In this document: positions 36,394 through 52,000 of the stretch, in pieces | Layout: each line of letters starts with the position of its first letter | How positions within the stretch are numbered: the first letter of the stretch is position 1 | Assembly: GCF_964204645.1 (NCBI RefSeq) | Contig: NC_134033.1 | Coordinates: 11,478,655 to 11,542,654, forward strand | DNA length: 64,000 nt | DNA from: Tubulanus polymorphus | Lineage: Eukaryota > Animalia > Nemertea | Reading direction: 5' to 3' | Notes under the pieces: model-generated | What the model saw: the letters and a program-made list of their open reading frames with translations, nothing else | The model's database searches: none | Told to the model about the DNA's origin: nothing | Position numbers and translations under genes: made by a program

Positions 36394-39300
36394 CTGTAAG
36401 CATAATATTCATAGGACAGCGATAAGCATCAAACAGTTTTACATATAGAAGCAATTTCATGCCAGTTTCTCTTCGTCTAAACGATGAAAGCTCAATAATA
36501 TAATAGAGGTTGAATTATCAGAATCACAAGTTTTGACGAATGTTAGAACGATAGTCGTGTAGCAATCATTTGTTTATCAGCAATTTCATACAAAAGAACA
36601 TTAACGTTTAGAGGCCACGTCAAAGCTTGGATGAACTTTGGAGTTTGACATTTATCTGCTAATCAGCTTTTGAGCAACTGACCCCTGTTCACTGTTGTGC
36701 TCATCCAGTTAAGCCACAGATACATTAATGACATGAGCAATGAAATGCACCACATCATCACCCCTTGTTATATTATATTAGAAGTACCATTCAGCACTAA
36801 GACTATCTAGTACTTGTTCTGTACTACAATTCCACTGGATCAACTTAGAGTTGTTCGAGTGCCAATAGAGGCCATAACATAAATTTGGACGTTTAGAAAC
36901 TGCTGTGGGATCCGTAATGCAAATCATTTATTTCTGATGTCATCACGCTACTATGAATGTTGCTGTAAGCTGTATAATCCCCCATACTGCTAGGTTTGAA
37001 TGAATACTCAATGATTTTGCAAATACTGAATTCGTCTGAATGATTGCTACACTTATTTCATTAGACTAATTATCAATACATTCAAGCAGAAAAATTAAGC
37101 AAGGAGTTCATAGAACAATGTTTGATGTTACAAGGTTATGAAATGAATCTGATGTTCACATCCGCGTTCATCCCAAACGAGGTTACATCACATGTACGCC
37201 ATCTGGTGGGATTGATACCAGTTTACTATGCGCACGCCTGGTAATGGGTTTCGCGTTTAAGGCGTATCCCGCTCATTAAGCCAAATCAATCATACGCATT
37301 CGTTCTTTTCAATAAATGACGAGATCGCGACCAAAATCATATCAATTTTCATCGGTAAATACAACGCGCTAATAATACCGACGCCAGGCCTTCATCCACT
37401 GAGATGCACGAACACAGCAGCAGCAGCAACGAGAGGCAGTTTAGAAATATTCATTAATCTTCATAACTTCTTTCGTCGTGAAAAGTCGAGATTACGATGC
37501 CCGATAGCGCGCGCCTGTCGTTCAAATCAAAAATTCAATCTCCTCCGCGGCTGACTGACACTGTCTGAGATACAACTATTCTAGCTGTTCGGATTCTATA
37601 ATCAAAATACTTGAAGGTGAAAACAAGATGTAACCTAAAAGATTTATGATATCCAATTAGTCGGGAGGCGACACGAATGAAATACTGTAATAATTCCTTG
37701 CATTCCTCCTGCTCGCCGTTTTCGAGATGATTTTTTTCATGCGATCAGTAAACGAGATCAAATGACGAATGACAATAAGCCTGCAGGTAATTCTCATAAC
37801 TGGCGGCAGCTGACGACCATAAAGAAAAGCAATAACTACGTGTACATCGCCAGCATTCTCGGGGAAATGTGTGAGAAAATTGTCCAGTCATGCAGTTCGG
37901 ATAGACAATCTCTTCAGAGGTCGACACGTAAAGTGATGAGTCAACAATATCTGATAACACTGACAACAACACATCATCAACGCTATGCGTAACAGCAACA
38001 TTCTTTCACCGATATTTTTCATTAAAAATGCCTCGGAACTTGAAAAATAATTCAGAGCAATTTGATCAGGATTAGTGACGTTTAGACTCTATTTTCATGA
38101 CCTAACTTTTCACCTAATCTGGACATTACAATCTACTTATCCACTGGAATCAATTCATTTTCCCTCATAATCGGATTGGTCCAGAATGATCGGGATGAAG
38201 CTGGGTATACAATACAGTCATCTGGTATGTGGATGAACTGCTGTATCCCAATCTCCACATTCTAACTTCCATTAATAAAACAGCGTGTCATATCGAGTTC
38301 AATAAAATCAATCCATGATCAATTCTTCTGCACTCTGATGTTATGATTATTTTTAGACTCTCAGCGCGTGGCGTATAATGAAATTTATGGAATACTCTAT
38401 GTAGACATGGGGGTCGGAAGCACTGTCTACTTGACATGTTTGTGCAGTCAAACTCAGTCTAGATCTGATAAGTCGTCTTTATTTTTGAGTCCCGATTTCT
38501 ATTTCTTATTCATTTAACTGAGCGCAAGATGTCATTTGGATAAATCATCGACTACAGTGACTTAAGGGAAAATCAACAAATGGAAAGGCATAGTGGTTGC
38601 ATGAGGTTGGGGGCCCTAGAAGTAGAATTAACAACCTTTCAAATCTATCCAACTGGTTAGCAGTAGAATTAATCAAACAATATGATATAAGGTAGTCAAC
38701 GTAAAACAAAAGTCAAATCAGAACTAATGAAACTTAAAAAGATGCCGATTTTGATGGTATATTCAGCTCATTCAACGGTCCTTCCTCAATTCAGTTCTTG
38801 TCACTAACAACGAACGGTAATAACTCTGCATATTACGCATTATGGCGCGTATATTACATAACCGAGTGCGCTAAGAGCGAAGATTACGAGATGAATTTCC
38901 GCGGTTAGAAGAAATCGTAGATCGTGCACCGGAGGCCCCCCCGAAGACAAGACACACGTAAGACGATGACGCGATTAATGTATCGAATTCATGGGGAAAT
39001 AGATACAGATATTGATAAAACGGTCGGTATCCCGCGTGGCGTATCGCAGGTATCAACATCAGTGCAAACCACCAGAGAGTGATCAGTAATTGAATTCATC
39101 GGTAAACTTATTGGTTACATTCTACCCCCGTACCTGTTTCCAATCAATCATATCCGATATCTAAAGACATTCTATACTGATAAAATATATATATTTTGAA
39201 GCCCTACCAGTCTACCAATCAAACCATACACTAAACCAACAATCAGATGGTTCAATGATGGTTAGTTCATTTTCAACCAGATTTGAACAGGCAATCCAAA

Positions 39301-40600
39301 CTTCATCAAGAAGTTATCGAATAGATATAAGATTAACTTTCCTGCTTAGCGTATTGTACATTCATTTCAAAATTGAATTAATTAAAAGGTTATTTGTCAA
39401 TTCACTTTTTCTTTCATATTTTCTTAATGAAAAACTGATAAGCTGTTTACCAATCTCTCTCTCTCTCTCTATCAGACACAGGTAGTGTCTATAAATGAAT
39501 CAGATATTCCATAAGCCGTTCGAGCTAATATCATCGTCGAAACGAACCTTGACATTATTCATTTCTCTCTAGAGTTATTTCAACTGGAATACTGTCAGAT
39601 TTCATAGTCATTAAACGTGGCGCGTCGAGCCGACCGATGTCGCGTCTCGAATTCGATATTATACCATCGCTCGCGCGAGTTCCCCGCAGGCCGACGCTAC
39701 TCCGGGAGAGAGCGCGATACAAATATATCATAAATATACGAATGAATATGTAAAGCCATAGATACAGGATATCATAAACCTCTGGACAGCAACATATTCA
39801 TCGTCCATACGCAGAATCATGAATAATTATTAAGCCCGGTGCACACCTTTCTGCAATTTCTATTGCCACAATTGCACATAAGCTATTTGACCCATGTCAG
39901 ATTAGGCCCAGGCCAAACGTTGACACAGATGTCAAACCTGTACTGAATTTCCATTCTATGTCACACGTCCTGAACTTCTAAACATGGCTGCGTTCTACAA
40001 TCATACCACCACTACTGAATGGACCCGTGACCCGAACAGGGTGTAAATATACACATTGAGAGATTCTCCACATCGAGTAGAAAAATCTGTACACATTTTA
40101 TGTGCAAACGCGATAAAATATTCTATGGACCGTCCCCAATCGTGAGTGCGCGTAACCCCCATCTCCCCCCTGCGCAGCCGCCGATTGATACCGGCACCAT
40201 TAATTGAATTAGGTTCTTTTTTCTACCGAGCCGTTGCATCCTCATTGCAGATGTGGCCGGCTACATATAATCTGATCGATGATATAATCCTGGCTTCCCG
40301 TTGATTAGTGAGATTTATTCACCGATGCGTGTACGGCCTGTGCGCTGCTATGGGAGGAGGGATTACAGTTTATATCATCATCATCATCGCAGCAACGATG
40401 GAATACGCGGTATTTTTATGATCGGAATTTTTTGCCGTCCGACCGACGATAAATATGACTAATAAACGCGTTTCTATTGTCACCGGTGAACGTATTACAG
40501 AGATCCCCGTTATAAAATATAACGTTTTAGAGAAGTAAGTGTTCCGAGCGATGAAGGACAACGTCACAATTAACGAACAACGACGGTTAATCATGATTAA

Positions 40601-40888
40601 CCCTTTCAGTGCGTCTACACCGCAGTGCGGTGTACGAATCAGTGATGGATTTTGCTAGTACACCGCACTGCGGTGTATTGATTTAATTAGTAATTACTAA
40701 TTATCTCTCTTGAAAGATGGCAGCACCTGTCAAAGATAGTGAAATATTAGTAACTAACGATATACCGCGCCAGGGTGTAGACGCACTATAGTGGTATTCC
40801 CGTTATTCAACACACTAGGGTGGAATTATTCAGAATTTTCAAATTATCTTCAGCACTATAGGGTATTAATTAGCCAGCACTGAAAGGG
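40601..40888. mobile_element. piggyBac-type MITE, 288 bp, TTAA TSD (inverted copy of 26315-26602)
   Basis: TTAA-CCCTTTCAGTGC...GCACTGAAAGGG-TTAA; full-length reverse-complement similarity to the first copy. Confidence 0.9.
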
Positions 40889-43800
40889 TTAATGGAAGCA
40901 CAACGCCAAATATGCTCCGGCTGACTTCGGCAAAACAGGAATCTCCAGTTACTTTATAGAAGCTGAATGGTCATCATTGCCGCGGCGACACAACTCAACT
41001 GGTAACAAAGTGGCACTTCAGGAACTAGCCAGGGATGGAATTAGGGGTTGGTTTCAGGGAGCAGACCGCTGTCTCGCCATTATAGTCCCTATTCAATTCA
41101 CAAGACTGAGATTGTTAAAGCCTGCAATTTCGACATAATTCATCCTCTTGAATATCGGATCAGATTATTATAATTATCATCAGATTCCCTATTTTGAGAT
41201 CAACATTTCATCGCATTCAAGTCTTTGAGGTTACTTTTCATCCCCGGATCTATAAAAAACTTGTCGCTGCCAGTTGCGACTATTTTGTGACATCAAGGCC
41301 TAACCTTTTGCAACGGATGAATAGCCACACAAGTCAGATATATTAATCATGATTATGATTAGGATATTGGCACTACCAACATATCATACAGATACCAACA
41401 TTAAGTTGGTACAGGCAGTGGTCGAGAAGGAGACTCCTATTCCAGGGGTGGATTGAGTGAATTACACTGCAAGGTGTTTTCCCAATGAAAGGGGCAAATG
41501 ATTTTGAAGACATTTTTGTATCGCTGAGATTCCAAAACAAGAGGCTTGTGCTGTGCTGGTTCAGAAAATCGTGAAAATCAGTCACATTTGATACATCATA
41601 GACATGTTCATATTTTCACTATTTCACCTGGAATGGACCAATGCTGTATGTTCCCACATGTTTTTAAATCGCGCGGTTCCAGCCAGACGCAGAACTATTC
41701 ACCCACAGAGAATGATACATTCTAGAATTTCGAAACAGAAATGAGTCTTTTTGTTTAGTCTAAATTGGTTTGTTTTCAAATGAAATGACAAATTTGGAAT
41801 GGACTAATGAAAATGCTTCTACTAAATTCGATATATTCTAAATAGCGTAGTGTGAACGCAGCTCGTGAGGACGTATGGCTTTGTTGATCTTTGGTTTTGT
41901 GGAAATCGTAGCTCTGTAATTTTCTAAGCTAGATCATATTGCCTGCGACAGCAAATATGGTCTGCATTTTACGCATTGCACAAGCAGCCGTTAGCGAACA
42001 CTAAATATAACATGACACGACACTTCGCGTAGCAGCTCCGAGCGAGTCAGAGGCAGCGCGGCTTTACACGCGAGTCATCATCGTTGTCGCCCGTCCATGC
42101 TACGAGACAGGTAAATCTCGGGTTGCATACTAAAACGTCAATTCACCGGCTAACGACATCGAGATATATTTATACTTCGTCTAAATTTGAGGCGAGGTTT
42201 CAAATTACAAATGGAATCAGAAAGTTTCTTCTTTCGGCATCATCATTACATTGAGAAGGGACCGAATATGAGAACTACATATCGTTAAACGGCTAAAACG
42301 CGGAGGTTTTTCAACGAAATTTGTTTTATTTACGTTTCTGGATTAACACGAGTTTTCAAGTATAAATGATATAAAAACGCACGTGTAACGCAGTATTCGT
42401 GATATTTTGTGTAGATCGATGAATCAAGCGCCTTCGTCGATGATTCAAAAGAATAACAAAACCGCATCTGTGAAAACTAATAACAACGTTTTGCGATGAT
42501 CACTTGGTTCGAGAAAAAAGTGCATCAACTTTTATAGCGATGCGAAATTATTACGATGGATTTATGTGTATGGTTAAGTAAGTCACATGCAGCGAGCTGA
42601 AATATGATCTACTGTGTGGAAATGGGAATCATCCGATAAAACAGTGAGTAAACATATAACACATGAACGTATATTTCTTAACGTATTTTTGATGAAATTG
42701 TGTACATAGGATTTCATTAAGGTATTCAACTAAAAGAAGTGTTTGTTTGCGAGAGGGGTTGATATAGTGCATTTCAAGGGTATATAAATAGAATATAGCG
42801 CATTTCAAACCTTGAATCCCCAAAACAAAATTCTTTCCGAGAAGATTTTGAAGAAATATAGGTTTGTGAAGATTTATGAGACTATTTCTGAAAATATATA
42901 TTCTTTCGGGATGCCCATTTAATTCTACGATACGCCCTATAGTGGGGGGGGGGGGGGTGGGCGCACCCCTCCCTGAACCAGACCCTAGATCCGACACTGC
43001 TAAGTGCATGTTGAAGCCGGCCATTATTGGTATATATGGCATTAACGATTGTACGAAATGATATCCATTACGGTCGCAATTATCAACAACTCTCTCTCTC
43101 GTATGTGATTTGTGCAGCGAATGTCGACCGTCCGTAGTCTTAAATATTCATGAACCCTAATTAAACGCCTGTACACAACATGTATAGCTACAGTCTATAA
43201 TTAGACATGAATCAAAACGCATCTAATCTAAAATGATCTATCGTTAACATCGAAATAAGAGCAATTACGCAAATCGAGTTTGAAAGCGATATAGAGAATA
43301 TCGATGAGTTGAGTTGATTTAAGTAAAAGAATTGAGTTGTTGAAAATGAACAAATTTGGCATTGGTCAGCCCTGCGACAGCCAATGACTCAATGCCTGCA
43401 ACACCCTGCAATTGCCAGCCGCGATAAGTCGCACATTTTCTACTTGCTGCGATGCCGAGTGATGCGACCATTTCTCACAGTCACAAATGGCATCAGCTGC
43501 TCTTGTGACTGACACAAGTCGCACACCGTCGTGTCGCAGACGACCGAAGCGTTCATTTGTGACCAGGTACAAGCAATCATGTCACAAGCAGTCACAAATC
43601 ACTCTGGTCCCCACAGCACAATGATCAGTGGCAATATGCGGAGGCAATTGGTATTTAAGTCAAATCCATCAGATTCTAGAAAAATCCCAAAAAAGTGTGA
43701 TGAGTCATTCTCCTCCCTGGAGTTTGTGAACCTCATCATTCACATTGAAATTAGGTTCACAAAAAATCTTCTGTAAGCTGAACCCCCCAGCAGATAACGT

Positions 43801-44624
43801 TTCTATGATGAGATGACGCCGTATCAGTTGCATGTTTGCATCTTAAGTTTTCTAAACACATAAATCTAGATTTAGGTAAATGAGAATAGTTATGAGTTTC
43901 TGCATCCCCATTTTATGCACATAGTTTCCTAGTTTCTAGATACCCATGTCAATTTATCAGCTCCAAAGACCAAACTATGCTTTTAAGTTATTGCATTGAA
44001 CATTTTATAACTGTATTAAAAATCCAAAAGCGCTTCGCTGGTTTTTGTCGTTGCGATGATGTCTAGACAATAGCCAGGAGAAACCAGTGAAATATCTGAA
44101 ACCTGATAAGTTTGAATATTCCATTGTATCGAGCTGGTTCCATCATTTTAAAATGAGAATGATGAGCCATTACTCACTTCATGATTCACGTTCAAAGCAT
44201 TCTCGAAACAGAAAAAAAAGCGAAATCGTTTTTCGTTTGTTCGTCGTTTCGACGATAAGTTAATTCCCGACCGCCGGCCGAACACGAAGAATTGAAATAG
44301 AATTTCGATGACGGAATCACAAATAACTAACTCGATATTGATTTTCTAAACAGCGCGCACGCGGGTTCGCGTGATTTCGTCTTAAAATAAAGCCGACAGC
44401 ATTCGAAAACCTGGCTGGCGTTAAGATGGCATGAGAAAAATAATTGAGATTCTCTTTCTCTTCAAGCCCGGCGTACGAGCTCTACGTTCATCTCATCAAC
44501 GTATGATCGCATACGATGAACTGATGCCACGAGCGAAATCGAGCGAAATCGTATGAAGCCTTGGACTTTAACAATTATTTCGTTGTTTATCAAATAAGAG
44601 AGCCTCTAGTCGGATTCTAACTAT

Positions 44625-44864
44625 AGCTGCGATCACACGAGCATTTTTAGCCCGAGCCAAATTTTAGCACAGGAAAAATGATTGCGTTTCAATTGTAAAT
44701 GGTTCTGGAAATGATTCACTTCACTTTGTTTAAAGCATTGTTTAGTATGGAGTGAGTGGTTTACATGCGAACACGCTCTCTAATCAGCCATGGGCCAAAT
44801 TTTACTAGAGTCTGATCCGTGTCAATTTGGCCCTGGCCAAAACGTCTCCGTGTGATCGGCGGCT
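44625..44864. mobile_element. MITE copy (family of 18048)
   Basis: AGCTGCGATCACACG...CGTGTGATCGGCGGCT, with internal similarity to 18048-18291. Confidence 0.7.
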
Positions 44865-47229
44865 AAATACTGAAAATCTGGAACAGCTATGATAACATAT
44901 TTTCCACATTTTAGCGTAGCTAGACTAGTATACAATGGCTATTTTAAATTGTCATCAAAAGCAATGAAAATGTCACCAGTACACACGCGCTATTCATCGA
45001 CTACGTCTCTGTGATTGTTTGAAGTCGAGCAGGTTTGACATTAATAAGTCTAATTGCCTTCGAAATCTAAATGAAATCATTCAATTACCAACATCCTTAA
45101 CGTCGCGACTACGCAACGATGCAATTATTTTGTAACGTTCACCGCGCTCGAAAAATATCTAATTGGATTTTCTTAATTATTCATGAAATAAAACGATCGA
45201 AGAGGTTTATGAGTTTCAATTAGACACTTGTCCCGTATACATATATAATGCACGCATATTGAACTGAGAATTGATGTAAGTTTGCAACAGTTACAAGCCT
45301 TCGTTTTCCAGGGACTCGATATTAACTCTTTACTAGAAAATAACCAAAACTGGACGAATGTGCAAAATGTTGTTTATCCACAACACACAAGTTTATTAAC
45401 CCGCTTAATTCCGATCAGTAAATCCAGATTTTCTAGATATGCTATAAAACATTTTCTTTCATATTTCGTCTTATTTTGTACATATCTCATGATCTTGTGC
45501 TTTCTGATGTCAGTAAAATGAAAGATTACATAGATTTTAAGTTTTACCCCTATAAACATGAATCCTTAATATCAATATCATTTGTCATTCACAGGTCATT
45601 ACATTGGACAAACCAAAAAAATGCAGATGTTCAAATCGATACGGAAATAAAGCGGCCGCTTCAACAGGAAAACGCGTCGGGCATTTTACTAACGCTAATT
45701 GCTACCATCATGTGAACATTGATTTCTCGTAAATCTTAAACAGTAACCGAGAGATAGCAGTACCAGCGCCGAGCGACTGCGAGAACCCTGCAACATCGTC
45801 GCTTTACAAACTGTCGCTGTAAACAGAGATAAAATGAAGAAACACTGCGGACCAGAATGATGTGAATTTAAACAGCTGTCTTGACGCGTCCACATTTCAC
45901 GCTGGATACAACAAGAAATGGACGCAATCCTCACGTTATTGCTGTATCAATCTTCACTACTGTCAGGTGTAAAGTAAGTCTTTATCATTTATCAACGTAT
46001 ACCGCTGCCAGTGGCAATCGAAACAAACCACATGAGCCGCACGATCACCGCAAGTGTTTTCCAGCAGGGCCAGATTAGGCCCGGGCCAACCGTTCCTAAA
46101 AACAACGCATCAGGCTAAATTTTAGCACGGTTCAAATTATCATGCGTGAATGCTAACTGGTTCACCTCGCTTGCCACAGCAGCATTTTAGTTATGAGTGA
46201 ATTTCGAAATTAAGCACATTCCAAATTTGACTCAGGCTGGTCCCAGCCAGTTCAAACTTATTTCAAAAACAACTTATCTCGTTAACATAAATATAGAACA
46301 GACTTTTGCAAGCGCAAACGCCTTGTCTGTTTTACATTGGAATGGGTTTAGAATCTAAATCTGAATAAAACTTTAGCGGTTGACTGACATATCATTCAGG
46401 TATGTAACGAAAGAGAGCGTGCGATAAACATAATTTAGGCGAGCACATGAATGCCCATACGTATCATTAACAACTAACCCGCTGCTGCCCGCAACAATAC
46501 TGTTAATGAAATTGTTTGTTGCCTTGTTACGCGGCGTCGGCAAATGAAGACAAACTTCTCTCTCTCTCTCTACGTCAGCTTCGTTTGTATTCGTTCAATG
46601 AAGTCACGGCGACCATTTCGGATGTGAAGTGACGTTGTTTGACGTACGACCGAGGCCATTACGATTTATTATCAAACCGCGAATCTCGTATTCTACGCAG
46701 GTTGACCCTCGCTCGTACGAGGAATCATTGCGAATGATAAATTCAAGAGAAATCTTTCCAATTTGTATGAATCGCGACGGGAAAAAACTGGACTTCGGTA
46801 TCTGAATATCAAACTAATGTACAGCTATACCGAGAGCTATACCAACGTGTATTCGAATAATGGACGATCGAAGATATTTTCATCGGTGGTGACGTGACGA
46901 GCAAATAAAAAGAGATAAACAATCTTGCGTTATACGATTGAAGTTATCAATCATCGTTCAGTTTTAACCAACGTCTCCTTCAACAGTGGCGACGTCGTGG
47001 TTCCCGCGAGATTCCCGACTAAGGAATTAACAAATTTGCCAGAATAGATCGCTAACACAACAAGTTCGTAAAATGATTCAGTGCTTAGTAGTTCTCATTG
47101 ATGGGAGTGTTTTTCGGTAAGGCGGCTTAGTGCTGTCTTCGTTTTCATTCGTAATACGTTGTCCGTGGCGCTCTACGTACGCGATATCTCATACTTCCGG
47201 TTCTGTCACCATTGCCACCACGAAAGTAT

Positions 47230-47627
47230 AGCTGCGTTCGCACTAGGATTCCAGTATGGTACCAAGCGTTCACACTAAGAAATCATTCGAGGTCTATTCG
47301 CGGCTTATTCAGTTCTGTACTGAAATACGCGGCTTATTAAGCGCGGAATGCGATTCCGCGCCCAAAACCCGATCTGAGTACGGCACTGAGCTGGCCGCGT
47401 ATTTTCTGTAGTGTGAACGCAGATTCGGCGCTTAGCTAGCCGCGTATTCATATCCTTAAACACTTAGCACTAATTACACTCCCCTCTATTGGCACACTGG
47501 GTGACTACTATACTGGGCTTACTAAGTGCCGAATCACGACTCGTAGTGTGAACGTAAATGGCTGTATAAGCGCCGTATTTTGGTGAATTCGGCACCAGCA
47601 AAGTACGTAAGCGCCGAATCTAGTGTG
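47230..47627. mobile_element. GC-rich MITE-like element with repeated GCGTTCACACTA/TAGTGTGAACGC motifs
   Basis: Multiple inverted and direct subrepeats (CGCGGCTTA, GCCGCGTATT, GGCGCTTA); matching terminal fragment TAGTGTGAACGCAGCT at ~41848. Confidence 0.6.
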
Positions 47628-48992
47628 TTTGATAGCAAATACAACAAATACAACATGGGACAAATCTCACTCCTTACTATACAGAGATAAACGATCATGT
47701 ATCGTATTATGGTTGGTTTTCGGTGTGGAAGTTGATAAACCCGATATGATTTCAGTTCCGCACTGAATAAGCCATAAAATCGAAGAACAAAAGTGAGTCC
47801 AAAATGTTTTTTCTTTCAGATAATTATTCAACGTTTCAATTATATCCAGAATCAGAAGAAGTACAATCCAAAAACAAAGAAACTAAATACAAGCAATAAG
47901 ATGTGCTAGGACGCAATAAAGCTTCGATTAATATTGCTCGCCAGCTAGTTGTTAATGCTGTAGGTGGCGCACGTGTTATGAGAGGTAAAACAATGGCCGC
48001 CCACAATTAAGGCAGTCTCACTGTTTCAAAAGAAGAGCTTTCGCAGTTATTTGGTTGAATTTCAACCAGCGCAAACACTCTGGCAATCATTCAACCAACA
48101 AGGCGAAAATTCTTTCACAGAATTTACGCTTGAATAGATGGCAAAGGGTTAAGCCTATCAACCCTATTGACGATGCAATGAATGAATTATGTAAAATACT
48201 AAGACTGAATCCTGTCAAATTTACTTCATTCATTGAATGGCAAAGCTCCCTCGAAATGTCATCGTGAATAAATTATTCATTCATTTCCAGATATCGAGTG
48301 AATGGGTTAAACCTCAATTAGAAGCGATACTTATTTTTACTAATGGCGAATGAAACAGTAAATGGAAATCCCTAGCCACCAGTTAACCAATAGTGATCTG
48401 GTTAATGTGCTGCTGGTGCGGCATGCACGGCTATATATAGACCTATCATATCGTTTAGCAAAAACTGAAAACTGTATATCCTCCAGAAACGGCGGCTAAC
48501 GATCATTCCCGGGACACTCGTATGAAAATCATCCATCGTCCATTGTGGAATGGAACTTATTTTGGTAAACAACAGGCCCGATGAACCCGCAAAAATCAAT
48601 TGAAAAGTAACGATTCAGGAGTAGATTTTGAAACATCAGGAATTAGAGGCCATCTGACAAGCTCACAATTTCAATATTCAATGCCCCTACCGAAGTAATA
48701 CAGCAGATTTGCCAATCATCAATTACCAGATCAGGGACAAAAAGGACAACTTTCTGGGCAACAATAAGGAAAATGAAGAATAAAGAGGGACAGCAATAGA
48801 TTTTCAATAGCATAAAAAACACCGTCAGGGTAGTGAGACATTTACAGGGACCAGTTGATACAGTTCTGATAAAGGAACCATTGACCTCGAAATTCACCAC
48901 AATCAAAGAACATATCATTAGCTACAATGTGTGAAGTAGATGGAAGCGATACTGCGATGTCTATAGAAAGCAAGTAATCGCATCATCAATTA

Positions 48993-49048
48993 CGATTACA
49001 ACCACGAGTTCGTCTCTGATGATTACAACCAAGAGTTCGTCTCTGATG
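48993..49048 (+). repeat. ~27-bp tandem duplication GATTACAACCAMGAGTTCGTCTCTGAT
   Basis: Two adjacent near-identical copies. Confidence 0.85.
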
Positions 49049-52000
49049 AAATACACCGCGTAAAAACGGTCAGGAATTCAATACCTCGAATGAGACTACT
49101 TATCCTGTCACAACGGCAAGAATCTGCCGTGACGATCCCTAAAAGCAGTTCCCAAACGGGAAGTTCTAAAAATCAGTACAAACATCAGAGAATGGCAGCA
49201 ATCGCGACAGTGATGCCGCGTCTGCAACAGATAACTTATAGTGAACTCAGCAGGGAAATAATCTCATACTGGAATCATCAGTTTACACAGAGCTTCATAA
49301 CAAACAAGCTGCCGTTTACTTCCATTTTTCTGCGATGTCATTTATAAAACGGCGCGACTATACTGACATGTACACCACGGTCTCGCTATGAGAGAACTGA
49401 CATCTCTAATTAAAGATACATACAACTATCAGGCAGACAAGCCGACATCAGACTAAAACACTCCTCGTCCCGATGTTTCCTATTCTAAATTCTCGGATAC
49501 TTGAATCTAAAATGAATTTCACTTGATCTTTTATTTGAATTTAATGAGTTTTTATATCCGTACTTCAGAGACTTTTCAAATAATTTCGACGTCAACATAT
49601 AAAAAGATAATAGATTGGTTCTATGCAAATAAGCATCCTTGTACATTTGTATAATTATTCAGAAATCTATTTACTTCGAGGAAAACATTGGCGAGGTTTT
49701 CGGAATTTAAGAGATTTGTTAATTTGCTTCACTCGCCTCACACAGCAAAATTGTTTTTATCCAATAGTTTTTTTTTCGCAATATTTTAAATTGTAAATCG
49801 CAGTAGATCTTTAGCCAAATGTACCATTATTATCATCAACATTTATTGATCTATTAATGGGTGTTGTTTTGTTTTGACAGGCATGTGCAACGGCTGGAAA
49901 ACAAATACCGAGGCTGTCATGTTCAGAACCATGCATAAGATGTCGTTTTAACCGGAACAATGGAAAGTGGAAAGCATTCAATGAAAAACATTCCAGCCTA
50001 AAACCGAGAGCACTGTGTAGCACTTCACTATCGGGAAAAAGGTATGCAATGAAACGTTGATATCTAGAATGGGTGTTAACTAGAAGTAAAAATAGACTGT
50101 TAAAAAATTCAATATTGAGTAAGTTTTTCCTAAACATTCAGAAAAGACACCACACAAAAGGTATTTCTAAATCTACGTAAATAACTATCAATCAATCGAA
50201 TTTCAATTTGGTTAACGTTTTTTCCCAAATCATTTCGACAAAAAAAATTGTCCTGCATATTTCATCATTTAACTTCGGAAGCTCTTTAAAATGTAACTCT
50301 ATCTATTTTACCGTAGTTCGTGATCTACCAAACCACTACAGACAAGCGCATAAGTAGTATCTAGCTTTACATAACCTTTATAGGTAAAAAACATACGGTG
50401 TGTGACCAAAAATGATAGCGTTTCTAACAAAATTTGCACAAAACATCTGATGTTCATGAACAAAAAATCTCCCCAATCCAATGAGCTGTTGTCACGTATG
50501 GATACATATATATTATATTACGGTACAGTAAGACGACGCAGTAATGGGCATTTCTTATCACCACAGGCGAAATACGTAGCTACTGATAATGACCATCAAA
50601 TGGCAGTGTCAATATCTCAGCCCTCAGTCTCTCTAATGTAGAAGACGTTTTAGTAAATTTCCTGCTGGTAGATATAAACAGGGACGGATGTAGGAAAATT
50701 GGAAGGCTGGCGTCGATAAGAAAAAGGAAGGGATGAGACTGGCACGTGGAAGGTCACACTCAAGGCTTTGAAGAAACGTGTCAGAAAAGATCTGATGCGT
50801 TAATAACATCATACGGGCGTCGAACGTGACCTCGCAGTTTGGAAGCGTCTGAACTTCGGTGGAGAAAAATTGGTCGCAGAAAAGGAAAGAGCACATCATA
50901 ATCAGTACATCATAATTGGGTTTGAATATAGTAGATAATATTCCAATGGCAAGTTGTCAAGTTAAGAAAACTAATCTTCATGTCCTCAATTGAAATTTAC
51001 ATCAAATTTGGGCACATTCATGATATTCATCTTCACGACACCTTTTGGAACTTCTACTCATCATTGCTGATATTTGGTCTTTAGCGATTTCTGCAAAACG
51101 GTGTGAATAGTCACCTGTCACAGCAGTTGCTTCTAGACGGACCAGTGATAACACCTGATTTAAAAACATGAGTGAACATACAGCATTGATATGGTCCCTT
51201 CCATACACGGATTGAATTAGAACGGACTAGCTAGCGATAGCGTGAACGCTGCTAACGCGAGTGACAAGTCGATTTTGTTTTATAGTCCGTTAATTCCGCG
51301 ACAACGGAACCAAAAAACCGTACATCAACCGCACACGTCAAAAGCCTGCACAATCGTACATTCATAGCTGATAGCAATCTCATTTCCATAAATCTCTGTA
51401 ATAATGATGAATAACTAAACTTCGATAATAAGCACTTCACAAACGCGTCCATCAATCATACGATATCAAAGATTTCGTATCGAAATAGAAACGCGCTGAA
51501 TTCCTCGTAAAACGGATTAATTTCTGCTTCAATTCCCGACCCATTTCACGTTTGAGTATCATTCAGATTCACGTCGACGTCGTTTAAAACATTTCTTCAT
51601 CCCCCTCGACCCGCCGAACGTAACTCAAGGTTCTAGGTCTCTTTTCCCTGAGAGAGGCCAGAAACCAAAGCGGTGATCACATAGAGACGATTTGGCCGAG
51701 GTCGAACTGACCAAGGTCAGACCAGAGTAGAATTTTGACCCCTGTCTATTTGACTAGGTATTCATACATATATCACTCATCTGTAGCTAGTGAGTCACTC
51801 CCAGAACCAATAAGCATTCATAATGTGACCCATGATAAGATTTGGCATGAGTTTGGTCTGATATTTTTGGGCAGGCCAAATTTGGCCCATTCAAACAGGC
51901 ACAGACTGATGTGAATGCCTGGGTTGTATCTGACAGGAGGCCAATATACGGTCTTGTGGATCGGATTCAAGGAACCGAACCCATGAATCCTGGATTAACG

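Noticed and set aside
50633-50899. 88-aa minus-strand ORF as a possible FERM exon
   Set aside because: No FERM motifs in the minus-strand frames examined.
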